Part shown: positions 8,962 to 19,304 of the stretch, piece after piece
Position numbering within the stretch: the stretch's first letter is position 1
How the letters are laid out: the number at the start of each line of letters is the position of its first letter
Origin: Planctomycetota bacterium
Lineage (GTDB): Bacteria > Planctomycetota > B15-G4
Length of the DNA stretch: 64,000 nucleotides
Assembly: GCA_965248575.1 (NCBI GenBank)
Contig: CBDFJQ010000002.1
Coordinates: 3,776,001-3,840,000, forward strand
Direction: 5' to 3'
Position numbers and translations under genes: made by a program
The notes under the pieces: model-generated
What the model was told of the DNA's origin: nothing
The model's database searches: none
The model's input: the letters and a program-made list of their open reading frames with translations, nothing else

Positions 8962-10731
8962 ATGCAACCCACGACTCGCCTGTGCGTCCTGACCTTTCTG
9001 CTGGCCTCCCTGGGCTGTATGTCGCCGACCTTTGAAACCGGCGGAGCTCACCCGGCGGGGATGCTCGCCGGCGGCTTTGAGGTCGCCGCAACGATCGACG
9101 TGGGTGCAGCACCCCACGGCATCCTGTTCTCGGAAGAGGGGCGCCTCGCCTACGTGGCCCTCTCCGGGGACGACGAGCTGGCGGTCATCAATTGCGCCAG
9201 CCTCGAAGTCTTGCGCAAGCTCCCGGCGGGCAAGGTGCCCTTGGATGTGCTGGCTCTGGCGGACGGTGCGACCGGGGCGGGGGCAAGCGGGGGGGCGACG
9301 ACGGAGGGGCGGCTATTGGTCACCGAGTTTCGCGCGGCAACACTGCGCCAGCTCGCTGAGGGTGGCGAGGTTTGGAACGTCGGCAAGGGCCCCTCCCTCT
9401 TCGCGCCGCAGGTGGTGAACGGCCTGGCCTATCTCGCCTGCGAGTTCGCCGACGAGTTGGTGGTCTTCGACACACGCACGGGCGAAGTGCGCGAGCGGCA
9501 CGCCACCGGCGATCGCCCCTATCCCGCGGCGGTGACCCGCGACGGCGTGCTCGCCTTCGTCCCCAACAAGGACGAGAACACCGTCAGCGTCATCGACCTG
9601 CTGAACAAGGAGACGGCTGCGAGCGTCCCGGTCGGTACGGGCCCCACCGGCGGCGCCTTGTTGAACGATGAGACGACCTACGTAGTGGCCTGCGGCGGCT
9701 CGGACGAGCTCGTCTGGATCAACACGGCCTCCTTCGAGGAGGTGGGGCGCACGGCGGGGGTCGGGCCCGGGCCCTTCTCGGTGGCAGCAACCCCCGACGG
9801 CCGCTTCCTGATCGTCAACAATTCCGGGGGCTCGACCCTCAGCATCGTGAGCGTGGCCACGCGCAAGCTGGTGGGTGAGGTGCAGGTGGGTGAGCAGCCG
9901 ATCGTGGTGCGCATGCACCCCAATGGGCACCAGGCCTGGGTCAGCAATGAGCTGAGCGGCACGCTGAGCATCCTGGAGCTGCCTGCTCAACCACGGGGAA
10001 GGCCTGCGGGGGATGCACTCAACGAGCTGGTCGTGGTCGGGACCATCCACTCGGGCCATCTCGAGAGCGAACGCTACAGCCTCGATCTCCTGCGCGAGTT
10101 GGTCAGGGCTGTCCAGCCGGATCTGATCCTGGCCGAGATCCCCCCCAACCGCGCCGCAGAAGCCATGCGCGGCTTCCGGGCGGATGCTGTCGTCAGCGAA
10201 CCCCGGGTGCTGCGCTTCCCTGAGTACGTGTCGGTGATCTATCCGCTGCTGAACGAACTCCATTTCGAGATCGTGCCGACAGCGGGCTGGAATGAACCCA
10301 TGGCGCGCTTCCGCAGCGAACGCCTCAAGGCCATCGAGGCCGACCCCGAGCGGGCGGCGGATTGGCTCGCCTACACCGAGGCTAACGCCGCGTCCGATGC
10401 CTGCCTCGAAGCCTTGGGCGAGGGCGATGAGCCCCTCCTGATCCACTCCGACGCCTACGATGACTGCGCCGATGTCGCCCTCGCGGTGTACGACGCGCTG
10501 TTCAACGAGGAGCTGGGCCCCGGCGGCTGGACGCAGATCAACGAAGCGCACTACGGGCACATCGCCGCCGCACTGGACGCCCATCGCGGTGAGGGCTTGC
10601 GGGTGCTGATCACCTACGGCGCGGGGCACAAGGGTTGGTTCCTGCGCGAGCTGCGCAAACGGGGCGACATCACGCTGTTGCCTGTGGCTCCGTTTTTGGA
10701 CGAAGCTTTGTGGGAAATGGACGAACCGTAG
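8962..10731 (+). CDS. Lipoprotein: YVTN/YncE-type beta-propeller fused to a TIKI/TraB/ChaN-like domain
   Basis: LASLGC lipobox; repeated VG..P..A.TPDG blades; C-terminal GTIH...PDLILAE...YGAGH. Confidence 0.75.
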   Translation: MQPTTRLCVLTFLLASLGCMSPTFETGGAHPAGMLAGGFEVAATIDVGAAPHGILFSEEGRLAYVALSGDDELAVINCASLEVLRKLPAGKVPLDVLALADGATGAGASGGATTEGRLLVTEFRAATLRQLAEGGEVWNVGKGPSLFAPQVVNGLAYLACEFADELVVFDTRTGEVRERHATGDRPYPAAVTRDGVLAFVPNKDENTVSVIDLLNKETAASVPVGTGPTGGALLNDETTYVVACGGSDELVWINTASFEEVGRTAGVGPGPFSVAATPDGRFLIVNNSGGSTLSIVSVATRKLVGEVQVGEQPIVVRMHPNGHQAWVSNELSGTLSILELPAQPRGRPAGDALNELVVVGTIHSGHLESERYSLDLLRELVRAVQPDLILAEIPPNRAAEAMRGFRADAVVSEPRVLRFPEYVSVIYPLLNELHFEIVPTAGWNEPMARFRSERLKAIEADPERAADWLAYTEANAASDACLEALGEGDEPLLIHSDAYDDCADVALAVYDALFNEELGPGGWTQINEAHYGHIAAALDAHRGEGLRVLITYGAGHKGWFLRELRKRGDITLLPVAPFLDEALWEMDEP

Positions 10732-10907
10732 GGGGTGGTTGGGGAGGCGGGGCCGTCTTGCTGCGGGTGGGCCGGGGAGGGGCGGGGTCGCCTTCGGCTT
10801 CCGCTTCGGGTCGCATGCGCGTGGCGATTTGGATGGCAGCTCGGGACGTTTATTGGGATCGGAGATCGGGTGGCGCTGCGGGTTGTTGGTCGGGTTGGGT
10901 TGGGGTG

Positions 10908-11669
10908 TCAGTCGGGCAGGCCGAAGAGTCGGTCGGCTTGTCTCGTGTGGCACTCCATGCAGGATGCCATGCGGCCGGCGCCGGTGACTTCGCCCTCGGG
11001 GCTGACGGTGGCGTAGACCCAGCCTTCGTCGGTGGGGGCGATGGGTTGAGTGGGGCGGAAGATCAGGAACAAGCCTGCGCGGGGGCCGGCGTGGAACCAA
11101 CGACCGTCCCGTTGGATGGGCGGATGTTCGCGGGGGAAGGGCGTGGGGTTGTCGACATGGTCCGGGGCGAGGGTGTTCTCCACCGGCTGCCAGGCTTCTT
11201 TCACCAGGACTTGTTGCAGTTGGTTCTCTAGGGCGTTCCATTCGGCCGACGCGCTTTGTTGGTCAGCCCACCACTCGGCGGTGGGCTTGGCGCCGTAGGC
11301 TTCCGCGTCGAGTGCATAGAGCACGTAGAGCTTGCGGGCGTGGGGTGTGCCTGCGCCTGCGGCGCTGAGTTCGGGCTTGAGCAGCGGCAGGGAGCAACTG
11401 AGGGGAGCCCAGCGCAGGAGGTTGTCGACGCGCATCCAGCGCTCGTAATTCTGGGCGATTCCCAGGGCGAACTCGTGCCAGCGAGAATCGTTTTCGTCGG
11501 CCGGGGTCTCAGGAGAAGCGGCTGGGCCGGGAGGGCTTGGGACACTCTCTGGGACACTCGCCGTGCTGGATGAATGAGCTGGTGCCGGCTTTGCTGAACA
11601 GGCCGGCAGCAGAAGGAATGCGAGAGACGTTGCCACGGCGGGAATGAAGGACCCGTGAAAGAGCGGCAT
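10908..11669 (-). CDS. Lipoprotein, cytochrome P460-like monoheme protein
   Basis: LLPAC lipobox; VLVKE motif, GWVYA, C-terminal heme motif CMECH. Confidence 0.7.
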   Translation of the reverse strand: MPLFHGSFIPAVATSLAFLLLPACSAKPAPAHSSSTASVPESVPSPPGPAASPETPADENDSRWHEFALGIAQNYERWMRVDNLLRWAPLSCSLPLLKPELSAAGAGTPHARKLYVLYALDAEAYGAKPTAEWWADQQSASAEWNALENQLQQVLVKEAWQPVENTLAPDHVDNPTPFPREHPPIQRDGRWFHAGPRAGLFLIFRPTQPIAPTDEGWVYATVSPEGEVTGAGRMASCMECHTRQADRLFGLPD

Positions 11670-11830
11670 GGTCGGGGCTCCTGAGTTCGAAAGGTGTCCA
11701 GCTAGCAGACCAGACCGTTCGTACGAGGCGCTGCGCGTTTTGAGAGGCCTGCGTCGCACTCTGGCTCTGAAACGTTCTCTGAAGAAAGGTCGCTGGGACT
11801 AGAAGAGTCGTTCTGGCTAGACTGACCGGG

Positions 11831-12973
11831 ATGACCACCCCACACAGTTACGACATCCCGTGCACCCTGGGACTGGAAAGCGTTCTTGTCGAGGAGCTGA
11901 ATCAACTCGGCGCTCAGGACGTCAAATCGAGGCGCGGCGGCGCCACCTGCACCGGCGACTCGGCCCTCGGCTACCGCGCCTGCCTCTGGCTGCGCTCCGC
12001 CATCCGCGTGCAAGACCTGCTCGGCGAGTTCGACGTCAAGGTTGAGAAGGACCTCTACCGCGAGGTGCGGGCCTTGCCGTGGGAGAACTGGATCACCCCC
12101 GACGACACCCTCGCGGTGAGCGCCACCGTGCGCGATTCGGTCTTCACGCACTCGGGCTTCGTGGCGCTGAGCGTCAAGGACGCCATCGTCGATCGCATTC
12201 GCGCGCAGGAGGGCCGACGCCCGAGCGTGGACAAGCGCAACCCGACGCTGCCCCTGCACATTCGCCTGAACAAGGGCAGGGCCAGCCTGGCCCGTGACCT
12301 CGCGGGCGAGAGCCTGCACAAGCGCGGCTACCGTCCGATCCAGGTGAAGAGCCCGCTGAATGAAGCGACGGCTGCAGGCCTGCTGCTGCTGGCGGGCTAC
12401 GACGGCACGGGTTTGCTCGTGGACCCCATGTGCGGCTCGGCGACCTTCCTCGTCGAGGCAGCCTGGATCGCCATGAACCGCGCGCCTGGTCTCGACCGTC
12501 GTTTCGCGTTCACCAACTGGCCGGACTTCGACCGCCAACTCTGGCACGACATCGTGGGCGAGGCGCTCGAGAAGGTGAACCCCGACACAGACGCGCGCTT
12601 CATGGGCATGGACCGCCATGCGGGCGCCCTCTCGCTAGCGCAGGAGGCCCTGGACGGAGCGGACGTGGGCGAGCTGGTCTCCCTGAAGTCCGGCGACGCC
12701 GCCGACTGGCAGCCTGCCCGCACACCGGACTGGGTCTTCACCAATCCGCCCTGGGGCGAGCGACTGAGCGAAGGCGTCGAGGAGAGCTGGGACGCCCTCG
12801 GCACGTTCTTCCGCCAATGCCCAGGGGCCAAGGTCCATGTGCTGAGCGGCTCCCCGGAACTCACCAAGCAGCTGGGCCTGAAGGCCACCAAGAAGTGGGA
12901 AGTACGCAGCGGCCCCATCGACTGCCGCCTGCTGCGCTACGCCATCCGGGCCAAGACCGCCAACAGCAAGTAG
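11831..12973 (+). CDS. THUMP-domain class I SAM-dependent RNA methyltransferase (RlmL-like m2G MTase)
   Basis: GLE..L..EL, LHKRGYR, PLNE..AA, DPMCGS.T..VEAA, TNPPWGER. Confidence 0.9.
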   Translation: MTTPHSYDIPCTLGLESVLVEELNQLGAQDVKSRRGGATCTGDSALGYRACLWLRSAIRVQDLLGEFDVKVEKDLYREVRALPWENWITPDDTLAVSATVRDSVFTHSGFVALSVKDAIVDRIRAQEGRRPSVDKRNPTLPLHIRLNKGRASLARDLAGESLHKRGYRPIQVKSPLNEATAAGLLLLAGYDGTGLLVDPMCGSATFLVEAAWIAMNRAPGLDRRFAFTNWPDFDRQLWHDIVGEALEKVNPDTDARFMGMDRHAGALSLAQEALDGADVGELVSLKSGDAADWQPARTPDWVFTNPPWGERLSEGVEESWDALGTFFRQCPGAKVHVLSGSPELTKQLGLKATKKWEVRSGPIDCRLLRYAIRAKTANSK

Positions 12974-13002
12974 GCCAGCCAGGGCTGACGGATCGCCTCA
13001 GG

Positions 13003-15492
13003 TCAGGCGTTCTGGCTCTCGGCGATGAGGTCGGCCAGCACCCGGGCGGCTTCCTGGAGCCAGGCATCCACCCGTTCGGGGCCGTCCGGCGTGGCGGTGC
13101 CAGCGACTTCGGTGTCGAGCGTGGGCTCACCGGCTTCGTCGCTGACAGTGGGCCCGTTCGCGTCGCCGTGCGCAGCAGCGAGGGATTCACTGCCCGGCTC
13201 GGAAACGGCCTCGTCATCCGCAGCGGCAAGGTCATCTGCAGCGGCAAGGTCTTCCGCTTGGGAAGCGGCCTCGTCGTCCACCGCCATGACGGCAGCCACG
13301 GCGTCATCTGATTCGTCTTCGATCTCCGGGAAGCCCTTGGCCACGCGCCAGGCGTTCAGGATGTTGATGCGCTGGGCGTCGTAGTCTTCCTGCTCGGCGC
13401 GGCGGGCTTCGAGGCTGAGGGAGACCGTGGTGTCCTTGCGCACTTCGCGCAGCAGGTTGAGCTCGCGGTTGAGTCGGTCCAGGTCCGGGTCGGTCTTGAC
13501 GCGGGCAAGACTGCGGGCACGCAGGTCCGGCAGCACCGACGGAATCAGCGAGTCCTCGTCCGGGCGCTTGTTCAGGGCAAGGGACTCGATGACGTCCCAT
13601 TCCAACGCACCATCCATGGAGCTCTCACCGATCTGCTCCGGGTCGTAGGTGGCAGGGAAGAAGATGTCCGGGGTGACACCGGCGTGCTGGGTGCTCTCAC
13701 CCGTCACGCGATAGAACTTGGCGATGGTGACGAGCAGCCGGCCGTTCGCCGCGCGGGTGACGGCCTGCACGGTGCCCTTGCCGAAGGTGCGTTCACCGAG
13801 CACGAGGCCCCGGCGATGGTCCTGCACCGCAGCGGCGACGATCTCGCTGGCCGAGGCACTGAGGCGATCCACGAGCACCACCAGCGGGCCACTCCACGCG
13901 GCGGTGCCGCTGGCCTTGAGCACCTGCACCTTGCCGTTGCTCTCGCGCACCTGCACCACAGGCTTGCGACCCAGCACCAAGCCCGCCAGCTCGTGGGCCT
14001 CGGTCAGGGAGCCGCCGCCGTTGCCGCGCAGGTCGAGGATGACTCCGTCCAGGCCGTCTTGCGTCATGTCGTCCAGGAGCTTGGCCACATCGCGGGTGGT
14101 GCTCTTGAAGTCGGCGTCGCCGCGGTTGGCAGCGGCCGTGTCCAGGTAGAAGGTGGGCAAGTCCACGACGCCGATGCGCAGGGCTTCGCCGTCGGCCCCC
14201 AGCATCTCAGCCAGGGCATCGGCAGCTTGCTGGGTGCCGGCGTCGCTGTCCGTCGCGCGCCGGGACGCGCGGCCCCCGCGTTCGGAGCCTTCGACCCGAG
14301 CCACCTCCACACCGCCGCTCACCTCATAGACTTCGCTGCTGGCGGACTGCTCTTCCAGCTTCACCTTGTCGCGCAAGATGTTGATGACCTTGGGCGGTGC
14401 GCCTTCGGGGGAGTCGGCCTTGCGCACGTTGAGGCGCACGATGGAGTTCCGCTCGCCGCGAATGAGCTGCACGGCGTCGTCCAGGCGCCAACCGATGACG
14501 TCCACCATCTCGCCTTCGGCACCCTGGGCTACTCCCACCACCTTGTCGCCCGGTTGCAGGCGGCCGTCCTTGTCGGCGGGGCCGGCGGGGATGATGCGCT
14601 CGATGGTGGCGAACTCCCCGTCGGGCCGCAGCACCGCGCCGATGCCCTCGAAGGAGAGGCTCATGCGCATGTCGAAGTTGTCGGCGATGCGCGGCACCAT
14701 GAACTGCGTGTGCGGGTCATAGGCGTCGGTGAGCGCCGACATGAAGAACTGGAACACGTCCTGGCCGTGGTACTGGCCGGCGCGCCGCAGTTGCTCTTGC
14801 TGCCGTTCCAGCAGGCGCTCCCGGGCTTCTTCCTGGGTACGGCCCGCCAGCTCGAGGCTGATGACCTGGGAGGCCAGGCGCCGCCGCCAGAACTCGTCGA
14901 GCTCTCCCAGGGTCTCTGCCCACGGGGCGTCCTCCCGGTCCAACTCCAGCTCTTGCTCGCTGCCGATGGGCAGATCGGAGAGGTCGCCTTCGAGGCGTTC
15001 CACGACCCAGGCCAGGCGGGCCAGCTGCCGCTGGTGGTAGCGGTTGAACATGCTGAAGGCCGGCTTCAGGTTGCCTTGCAGCAGCGCGTCGTCGAGGGTG
15101 TCCCGCCAGGTGACGAACTCGGCGAAGTCGTCCTCAAGGAGTACGGAGCGGGCGGGGTCCAGGAATTCGATGAAGTTGTCGAAGACCTGTCGCGAGAGGT
15201 CGTCGTCGGCATGGAGGCCCAGGTAGTGCACGCGCTGCAGGCGGCGCACGAGATCCTTCGCGGCCTCGGACTGCTCTTCGGTGGGCTGGAAGTTCTGGTT
15301 GGGTTCACCACCCACGGTGTCTTCGACTTGAGCCAGCGCGCTGGAAGGATCGACGCCCGTCGAGGCAGGGGGGGTGGTCTTGAGCGGAAGCGCGGCGACG
15401 AGCAAGAGCAGGGCCAGCAACAGGAGTCCCCGACTTCGAGGGTGGGACAAGCGCTTGGAGTCGGGGGGCGTGCTGGGACTGCCGAGGGCCAT
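13003..15492 (-). CDS. prc: Carboxy-terminal processing (tail-specific) protease, S41 family, with PDZ domain
   Basis: DPHT.F, SFEGIGA, GPA PDZ, LDLRGNGGGSL.EA, SASASEIVA, TFGKGTVQ, KFYRVTG.STQ..GV.PDI. Confidence 0.92.
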   Translation of the reverse strand: MALGSPSTPPDSKRLSHPRSRGLLLLALLLLVAALPLKTTPPASTGVDPSSALAQVEDTVGGEPNQNFQPTEEQSEAAKDLVRRLQRVHYLGLHADDDLSRQVFDNFIEFLDPARSVLLEDDFAEFVTWRDTLDDALLQGNLKPAFSMFNRYHQRQLARLAWVVERLEGDLSDLPIGSEQELELDREDAPWAETLGELDEFWRRRLASQVISLELAGRTQEEARERLLERQQEQLRRAGQYHGQDVFQFFMSALTDAYDPHTQFMVPRIADNFDMRMSLSFEGIGAVLRPDGEFATIERIIPAGPADKDGRLQPGDKVVGVAQGAEGEMVDVIGWRLDDAVQLIRGERNSIVRLNVRKADSPEGAPPKVINILRDKVKLEEQSASSEVYEVSGGVEVARVEGSERGGRASRRATDSDAGTQQAADALAEMLGADGEALRIGVVDLPTFYLDTAAANRGDADFKSTTRDVAKLLDDMTQDGLDGVILDLRGNGGGSLTEAHELAGLVLGRKPVVQVRESNGKVQVLKASGTAAWSGPLVVLVDRLSASASEIVAAAVQDHRRGLVLGERTFGKGTVQAVTRAANGRLLVTIAKFYRVTGESTQHAGVTPDIFFPATYDPEQIGESSMDGALEWDVIESLALNKRPDEDSLIPSVLPDLRARSLARVKTDPDLDRLNRELNLLREVRKDTTVSLSLEARRAEQEDYDAQRINILNAWRVAKGFPEIEDESDDAVAAVMAVDDEAASQAEDLAAADDLAAADDEAVSEPGSESLAAAHGDANGPTVSDEAGEPTLDTEVAGTATPDGPERVDAWLQEAARVLADLIAESQNA
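13213..13251. repeat. 18-bp tandem repeat (about 2 copies) encoding an acidic DLAAAD linker in the Prc tail
   Basis: gtcatccgcagcggcaag / gtcatctgcagcggcaag. Confidence 0.7.
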
Positions 15493-15890
15493 CGGGGTGC
15501 TCCGTGAGACGGTCCGAGTTACAGGCGGATGCAGAGAAGAAGACCAGGACCAAGTTCGAGGCGACAGGATAGCGCGGTCTGGCCCGTCACGGTGTGAGGC
15601 CGTGGGAACGTCATCGTCCAGCCGAACCCATGTCCTGAGCGGTAGGCCTCGCGCGTCACCCAGCTGAAGGGTCGCGGCCCGAAATCTGACATCGGGGCGG
15701 TCCGGCCCTGCACGGACTGCCTTCCACTGATAAGGGGCGCTGCTCGTCGATCACTCGCCCTCTGCCGCAATTCGCAGCGTAGAGCAGGCTGACATGCAGA
15801 TTACGACAAGGTGATGAGAGCCTCGGAAGGGCTCTGGACGGATTGCGCGCCTCCGACCTCCCGCGTAGCTTTCAATTAGACGGAGCCCCC

Positions 15891-16568
15891 ATGCGCATCT
15901 TGCTTGTCGAAGATTCCGAACGCCTCGCTCAGTCGGTGCAAGCCGGCCTGCGCAAGTGTGGTCACGCCGTGGATGTGGTGGGCGAAGGGCCCCGGGGCCT
16001 GAGCTACGCCCGCAACAACCCCTACGACCTGATCATCCTCGACATCATGTTGCCGGGAATGGACGGACTGACGATCCTGCGCCATCTGCGGGAAGAAGGC
16101 GTCGACATCCATGTGCTGCTGCTGACTGCCAAGGATGCCGTGGAGAACCGGGTCGAAGGTCTGGAAGCCGGCGGCGACGACTACCTGACCAAGCCCTTCG
16201 CCTTCGAGGAGTTGGTGGCCCGGGTGGAGGCCCTGGGGCGGCGCGTGCGCGGCCCCTCCACGCCCAAGGTGCAGCTCGGCGACCTGGAGATCGACACCGC
16301 CGGGCGCCTCGTGCGTCGCGGCGAGCGTCTCCTGGATCTCTCGCGCCGGGAGTACGCACTCATCAAGTACCTCGCCTCCCGGACCGGAGAGATCGTCTCG
16401 CGCATCGAGATCGAGGACCACCTCTACGACGAGGACACCCTGCCGCTGAGCAATGTCGTGGCGTCCACCATCTGCGCCCTGCGCGACAAGCTGGAGGCCG
16501 AGGGCGAGGCGCGCTTGATCCACACCCGACGCGGGCTGGGCTACGTGTTGCAGGCGGACATTCCGTGA
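15891..16568 (+). CDS. OmpR/PhoB family response regulator
   Basis: MRILLVED, LDIMLPG.DG, DDYLTKPF, wHTH with IHTRRGLGY. Confidence 0.95.
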   Translation: MRILLVEDSERLAQSVQAGLRKCGHAVDVVGEGPRGLSYARNNPYDLIILDIMLPGMDGLTILRHLREEGVDIHVLLLTAKDAVENRVEGLEAGGDDYLTKPFAFEELVARVEALGRRVRGPSTPKVQLGDLEIDTAGRLVRRGERLLDLSRREYALIKYLASRTGEIVSRIEIEDHLYDEDTLPLSNVVASTICALRDKLEAEGEARLIHTRRGLGYVLQADIP

Positions 16569-18061
16569 CGTCCATTCGCAATCGACTCACCATGAGTGTG
16601 CTCGTGGGGCTGGGTGGCACCTTCGTGCTGGCGGGGGCGCTCTTGCGTTCCAACCTGGCCCATTCCATGGAAGAGCAGTTCGACCTGGGCCTGGAATCGG
16701 TAGCCAGCGCGGTGGCCAACGAACTCGAACTCATCGGTTACGAAGAGGATGGCAGCCCGGAGATCGAATACGACTTCCAGGAGGCGGCCATGCCCAACTT
16801 CGTGGGCGGGGAGGACGCGGAGTACTTCGACCTCTGGATCGCCGGCGGCGAGGAGTACGGGCGCAGCCCGAGCCTGGGCCTCGAGAACCAGCATCCGCCG
16901 CAGTTCCCTCCCTCTGAGAAGCCGCAGTTCCGGGACCTGGAGCTGCCGGACGGGCGGCCCGGGCGCGCCATCGAGATCAGCGTGGCCGTGGCCTACGACC
17001 CGGCCGAAGTGCTGCTTTCACCGGACCAGATTGCCGAACTGCCCCGCGTAACCTGCGTGGTGAGCCGCACCCGCGAGGGGCTCAACGCGAGCATCGCCGA
17101 GCTGGGCCTGCAGATCTGGGGGCTGGGCGGCCTGGCCCTCGCCATGGCCGTGCTGATGGTGATCGTCTTCGTACGGCGAGGCCTCGCGCCCCTGAATCGC
17201 CTCAGCAGAGAGGTGGAACAGATCGACGCCTCCATGCTCGACAAGCGCGTGCAGAGCGAGGGCGTGCCCGACGAGCTGTCGGGGATCACGGCCCAGCTGA
17301 ACCACTTGCTGGAGCGCATGCAGGACAGTTTTGCCAAAGAGCGGCGCATGACGGCAGCCATGGCCCACGAGCTGCGCACACCCATCGCCGAGTTGCGCAG
17401 CGCCTCGGATGTGGCCAAGCGTTGGGCGGACGACCCGGAGCTCTCCCATGCCCTGACGGAAACGGCGCACGATGTGTCGCAGCGCATGAGTGAGTCGGTG
17501 GAGTCGATCATGCGTTACTGCCGACTCGAGGCCGGGCAGGACAAGCCGGAGCTGGAGAGCATCCCCGTCGGGCGTTTGCTGGACGAGTTGTGGCGGCCCT
17601 TCGGCGAGCTCGCTGCCAAGCGCGGCGTGCGTTTCCAGAATGATGTGCCCCGGGGCGCCGCGCTGGTTTCCGATCGCGGCCTGCTGGGCATCGTCTTCGG
17701 CAATGTGCTGAGCAATGCGGCCAGCTTCGCGTCGCCCGGCGACATCCGCGCGTGTTACTTGAACGGCGGCGTGGGTTCGACGGTGCACATCTCCAATGAG
17801 GCGGTGCAGCTGGAGGCCGAGGATCTTGGCCGCATGCGCGAGGCCTTCTGGCGCAAGGACAGCGCCCGCTCCGACGGCAAGCACAGCGGGCTGGGCCTGA
17901 CGCTCGTGACCTCCGTCTCGCAGGTGTTGGGCTGTCGCACGGAGCTGGGGCTGGATGACGGCCGCTTCTCGGTGGCGGTGGAGTTCGGCCCCGACGACCT
18001 GGCGGCGCTCCAGCAGCAGAACGACACACCTCAACCGAACGGCCAGGGATCGAGCTTCTAG
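16565..18061 (+). CDS. HAMP-domain sensor histidine kinase
   Basis: GTGA overlap with the regulator; two TMs, HAMP, AHELRTP H-box, N..SNA N-box, HSGLGL. Confidence 0.92.
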   Translation: MTSIRNRLTMSVLVGLGGTFVLAGALLRSNLAHSMEEQFDLGLESVASAVANELELIGYEEDGSPEIEYDFQEAAMPNFVGGEDAEYFDLWIAGGEEYGRSPSLGLENQHPPQFPPSEKPQFRDLELPDGRPGRAIEISVAVAYDPAEVLLSPDQIAELPRVTCVVSRTREGLNASIAELGLQIWGLGGLALAMAVLMVIVFVRRGLAPLNRLSREVEQIDASMLDKRVQSEGVPDELSGITAQLNHLLERMQDSFAKERRMTAAMAHELRTPIAELRSASDVAKRWADDPELSHALTETAHDVSQRMSESVESIMRYCRLEAGQDKPELESIPVGRLLDELWRPFGELAAKRGVRFQNDVPRGAALVSDRGLLGIVFGNVLSNAASFASPGDIRACYLNGGVGSTVHISNEAVQLEAEDLGRMREAFWRKDSARSDGKHSGLGLTLVTSVSQVLGCRTELGLDDGRFSVAVEFGPDDLAALQQQNDTPQPNGQGSSF

Positions 18062-18238
18062 CGGCCCCTCCGGGTTCGTTTGAGCCTGTCAGGGCTCACC
18101 ATCATGTTCCCGTCATCTCGGGTTTCTGGCAGCGGGATAGTCTCATGGTGGCCCCAAGGCCCTGAGCGACCCGCTCCACGCCGATGGCCATGTTTGCCCC
18201 CTGCTTCACCGCCGTCGCACACCGTTCGGAGAACTCCC

Positions 18239-18970
18239 GTGTTCGCCAAGATCGCCGTCACCGCAGTGCTCGCTTCCCTGATGCTCGGCTTCGCGCCTGA
18301 GCCGCTGCCGACCTTCAGCAACCCCACCGCCATCACCAACCTCTACGCGCCCTTCAACCCGGGCTCCGTGAAGGTGTTCCGCGGCCGCTCCGAAGGCGCG
18401 CGTACCGCTGTCGTGGAGTCGCACCTGACCGAGACGCGTTTCTTCGCCTTCAACGGCGAGATGGTCGAGGCCGTGGTGCTGGAAGAGAAGGAGTTCGAAG
18501 GCGGGCAGTTGGTGGAGATCGCCCGCTCCTACCTCGCGCAGGATGACGCCGGCAACGTGCGCTTCTTCGGCGAGGTGTCCATCGAGTACGACGGCGGCAT
18601 CATCGTCGGCCCGGAGGTGGACAGCTGGGTGGTGGGCGAGCTCATGCCAGAAGACCCGCCCGGCATCGAGTCCGTGCAAGCGCCCTTCATGTACATGGTC
18701 GCAAACCCCCAGGTGGGTGACAGCTTCAAGCTGCAGGACTTCCCCGGTGCCAGCGAGACCTACACCGTCATGAAGACGGGGCTGAAGATGAAGACGGCCG
18801 CCGGTGTCTACAAGCAGGTGATCCGCATCGCCGAGAAGAACGACCTCGAGCCCGGCCCCACGGAGAGCCTGTGGGTCGCCCCCGGCATCGGGTCCATCCG
18901 CGAGCGCGGCCACAAGAACCGCAACCAGTTGCTGGCCACGAGCCTGGTGGGTACGGGCGAGCCCGACTGA
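18239..18970 (+). CDS. Secreted hypothetical protein
   Basis: GGAGA RBS, signal peptide, ITN.Y.P...YLAQD..GNV..FGE...APGIG. Confidence 0.75.
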   Translation: MFAKIAVTAVLASLMLGFAPEPLPTFSNPTAITNLYAPFNPGSVKVFRGRSEGARTAVVESHLTETRFFAFNGEMVEAVVLEEKEFEGGQLVEIARSYLAQDDAGNVRFFGEVSIEYDGGIIVGPEVDSWVVGELMPEDPPGIESVQAPFMYMVANPQVGDSFKLQDFPGASETYTVMKTGLKMKTAAGVYKQVIRIAEKNDLEPGPTESLWVAPGIGSIRERGHKNRNQLLATSLVGTGEPD

Positions 18971-19002
18971 ACCTCTGATTCACCCCTCTTTAAAGTGGGC
19001 GC

Positions 19003-19032
19003 GGGCCGCGCGTTGTTATAAACGCGCGGCCC
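19003..19032. terminator. Perfect 12-bp inverted repeat (possible terminator or protein-binding site)
   Basis: GGGCCGCGCGTT-GTTATA-AACGCGCGGCCC, 32 nt after a stop codon; no U-tract. Confidence 0.45.
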
Positions 19033-19304
19033 ATGCAGCAGACGAGAGAGTGAGGGGGACCGTAATTCAGGTTGTGAATCGCTCTCGTGGTGGCGTCTGC
19101 CCACGCCGATCACTGCGTACAGAATGCTGCGCCCGGGACCAGAGTAGGGGCGCTTCCAAAATCTGGCAAGGACAGCTGTGGGCCGGACTTCGATGCAGCG
19201 TCTGAATCGGTCGAAGCGTTCAACGGGGCTGTGGGCGACGAACTGAGGGTCCGTCCTGTGGAGGGGCTTCCCCCGGCGGGCGCATGCATGCCAGCATCTG
19301 GCGC

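Noticed and set aside
10735..10907. G/T-skewed low-complexity spacer between convergent genes (possible G-quadruplex or ncRNA)
   Set aside because: No defined repeat unit or recognisable RNA structure that I can support.
15956..16564. Long N-terminal extension of the histidine kinase in the ORF track
   Set aside because: It overlaps the response regulator; the real start is most likely the coupled GTG at 16565.
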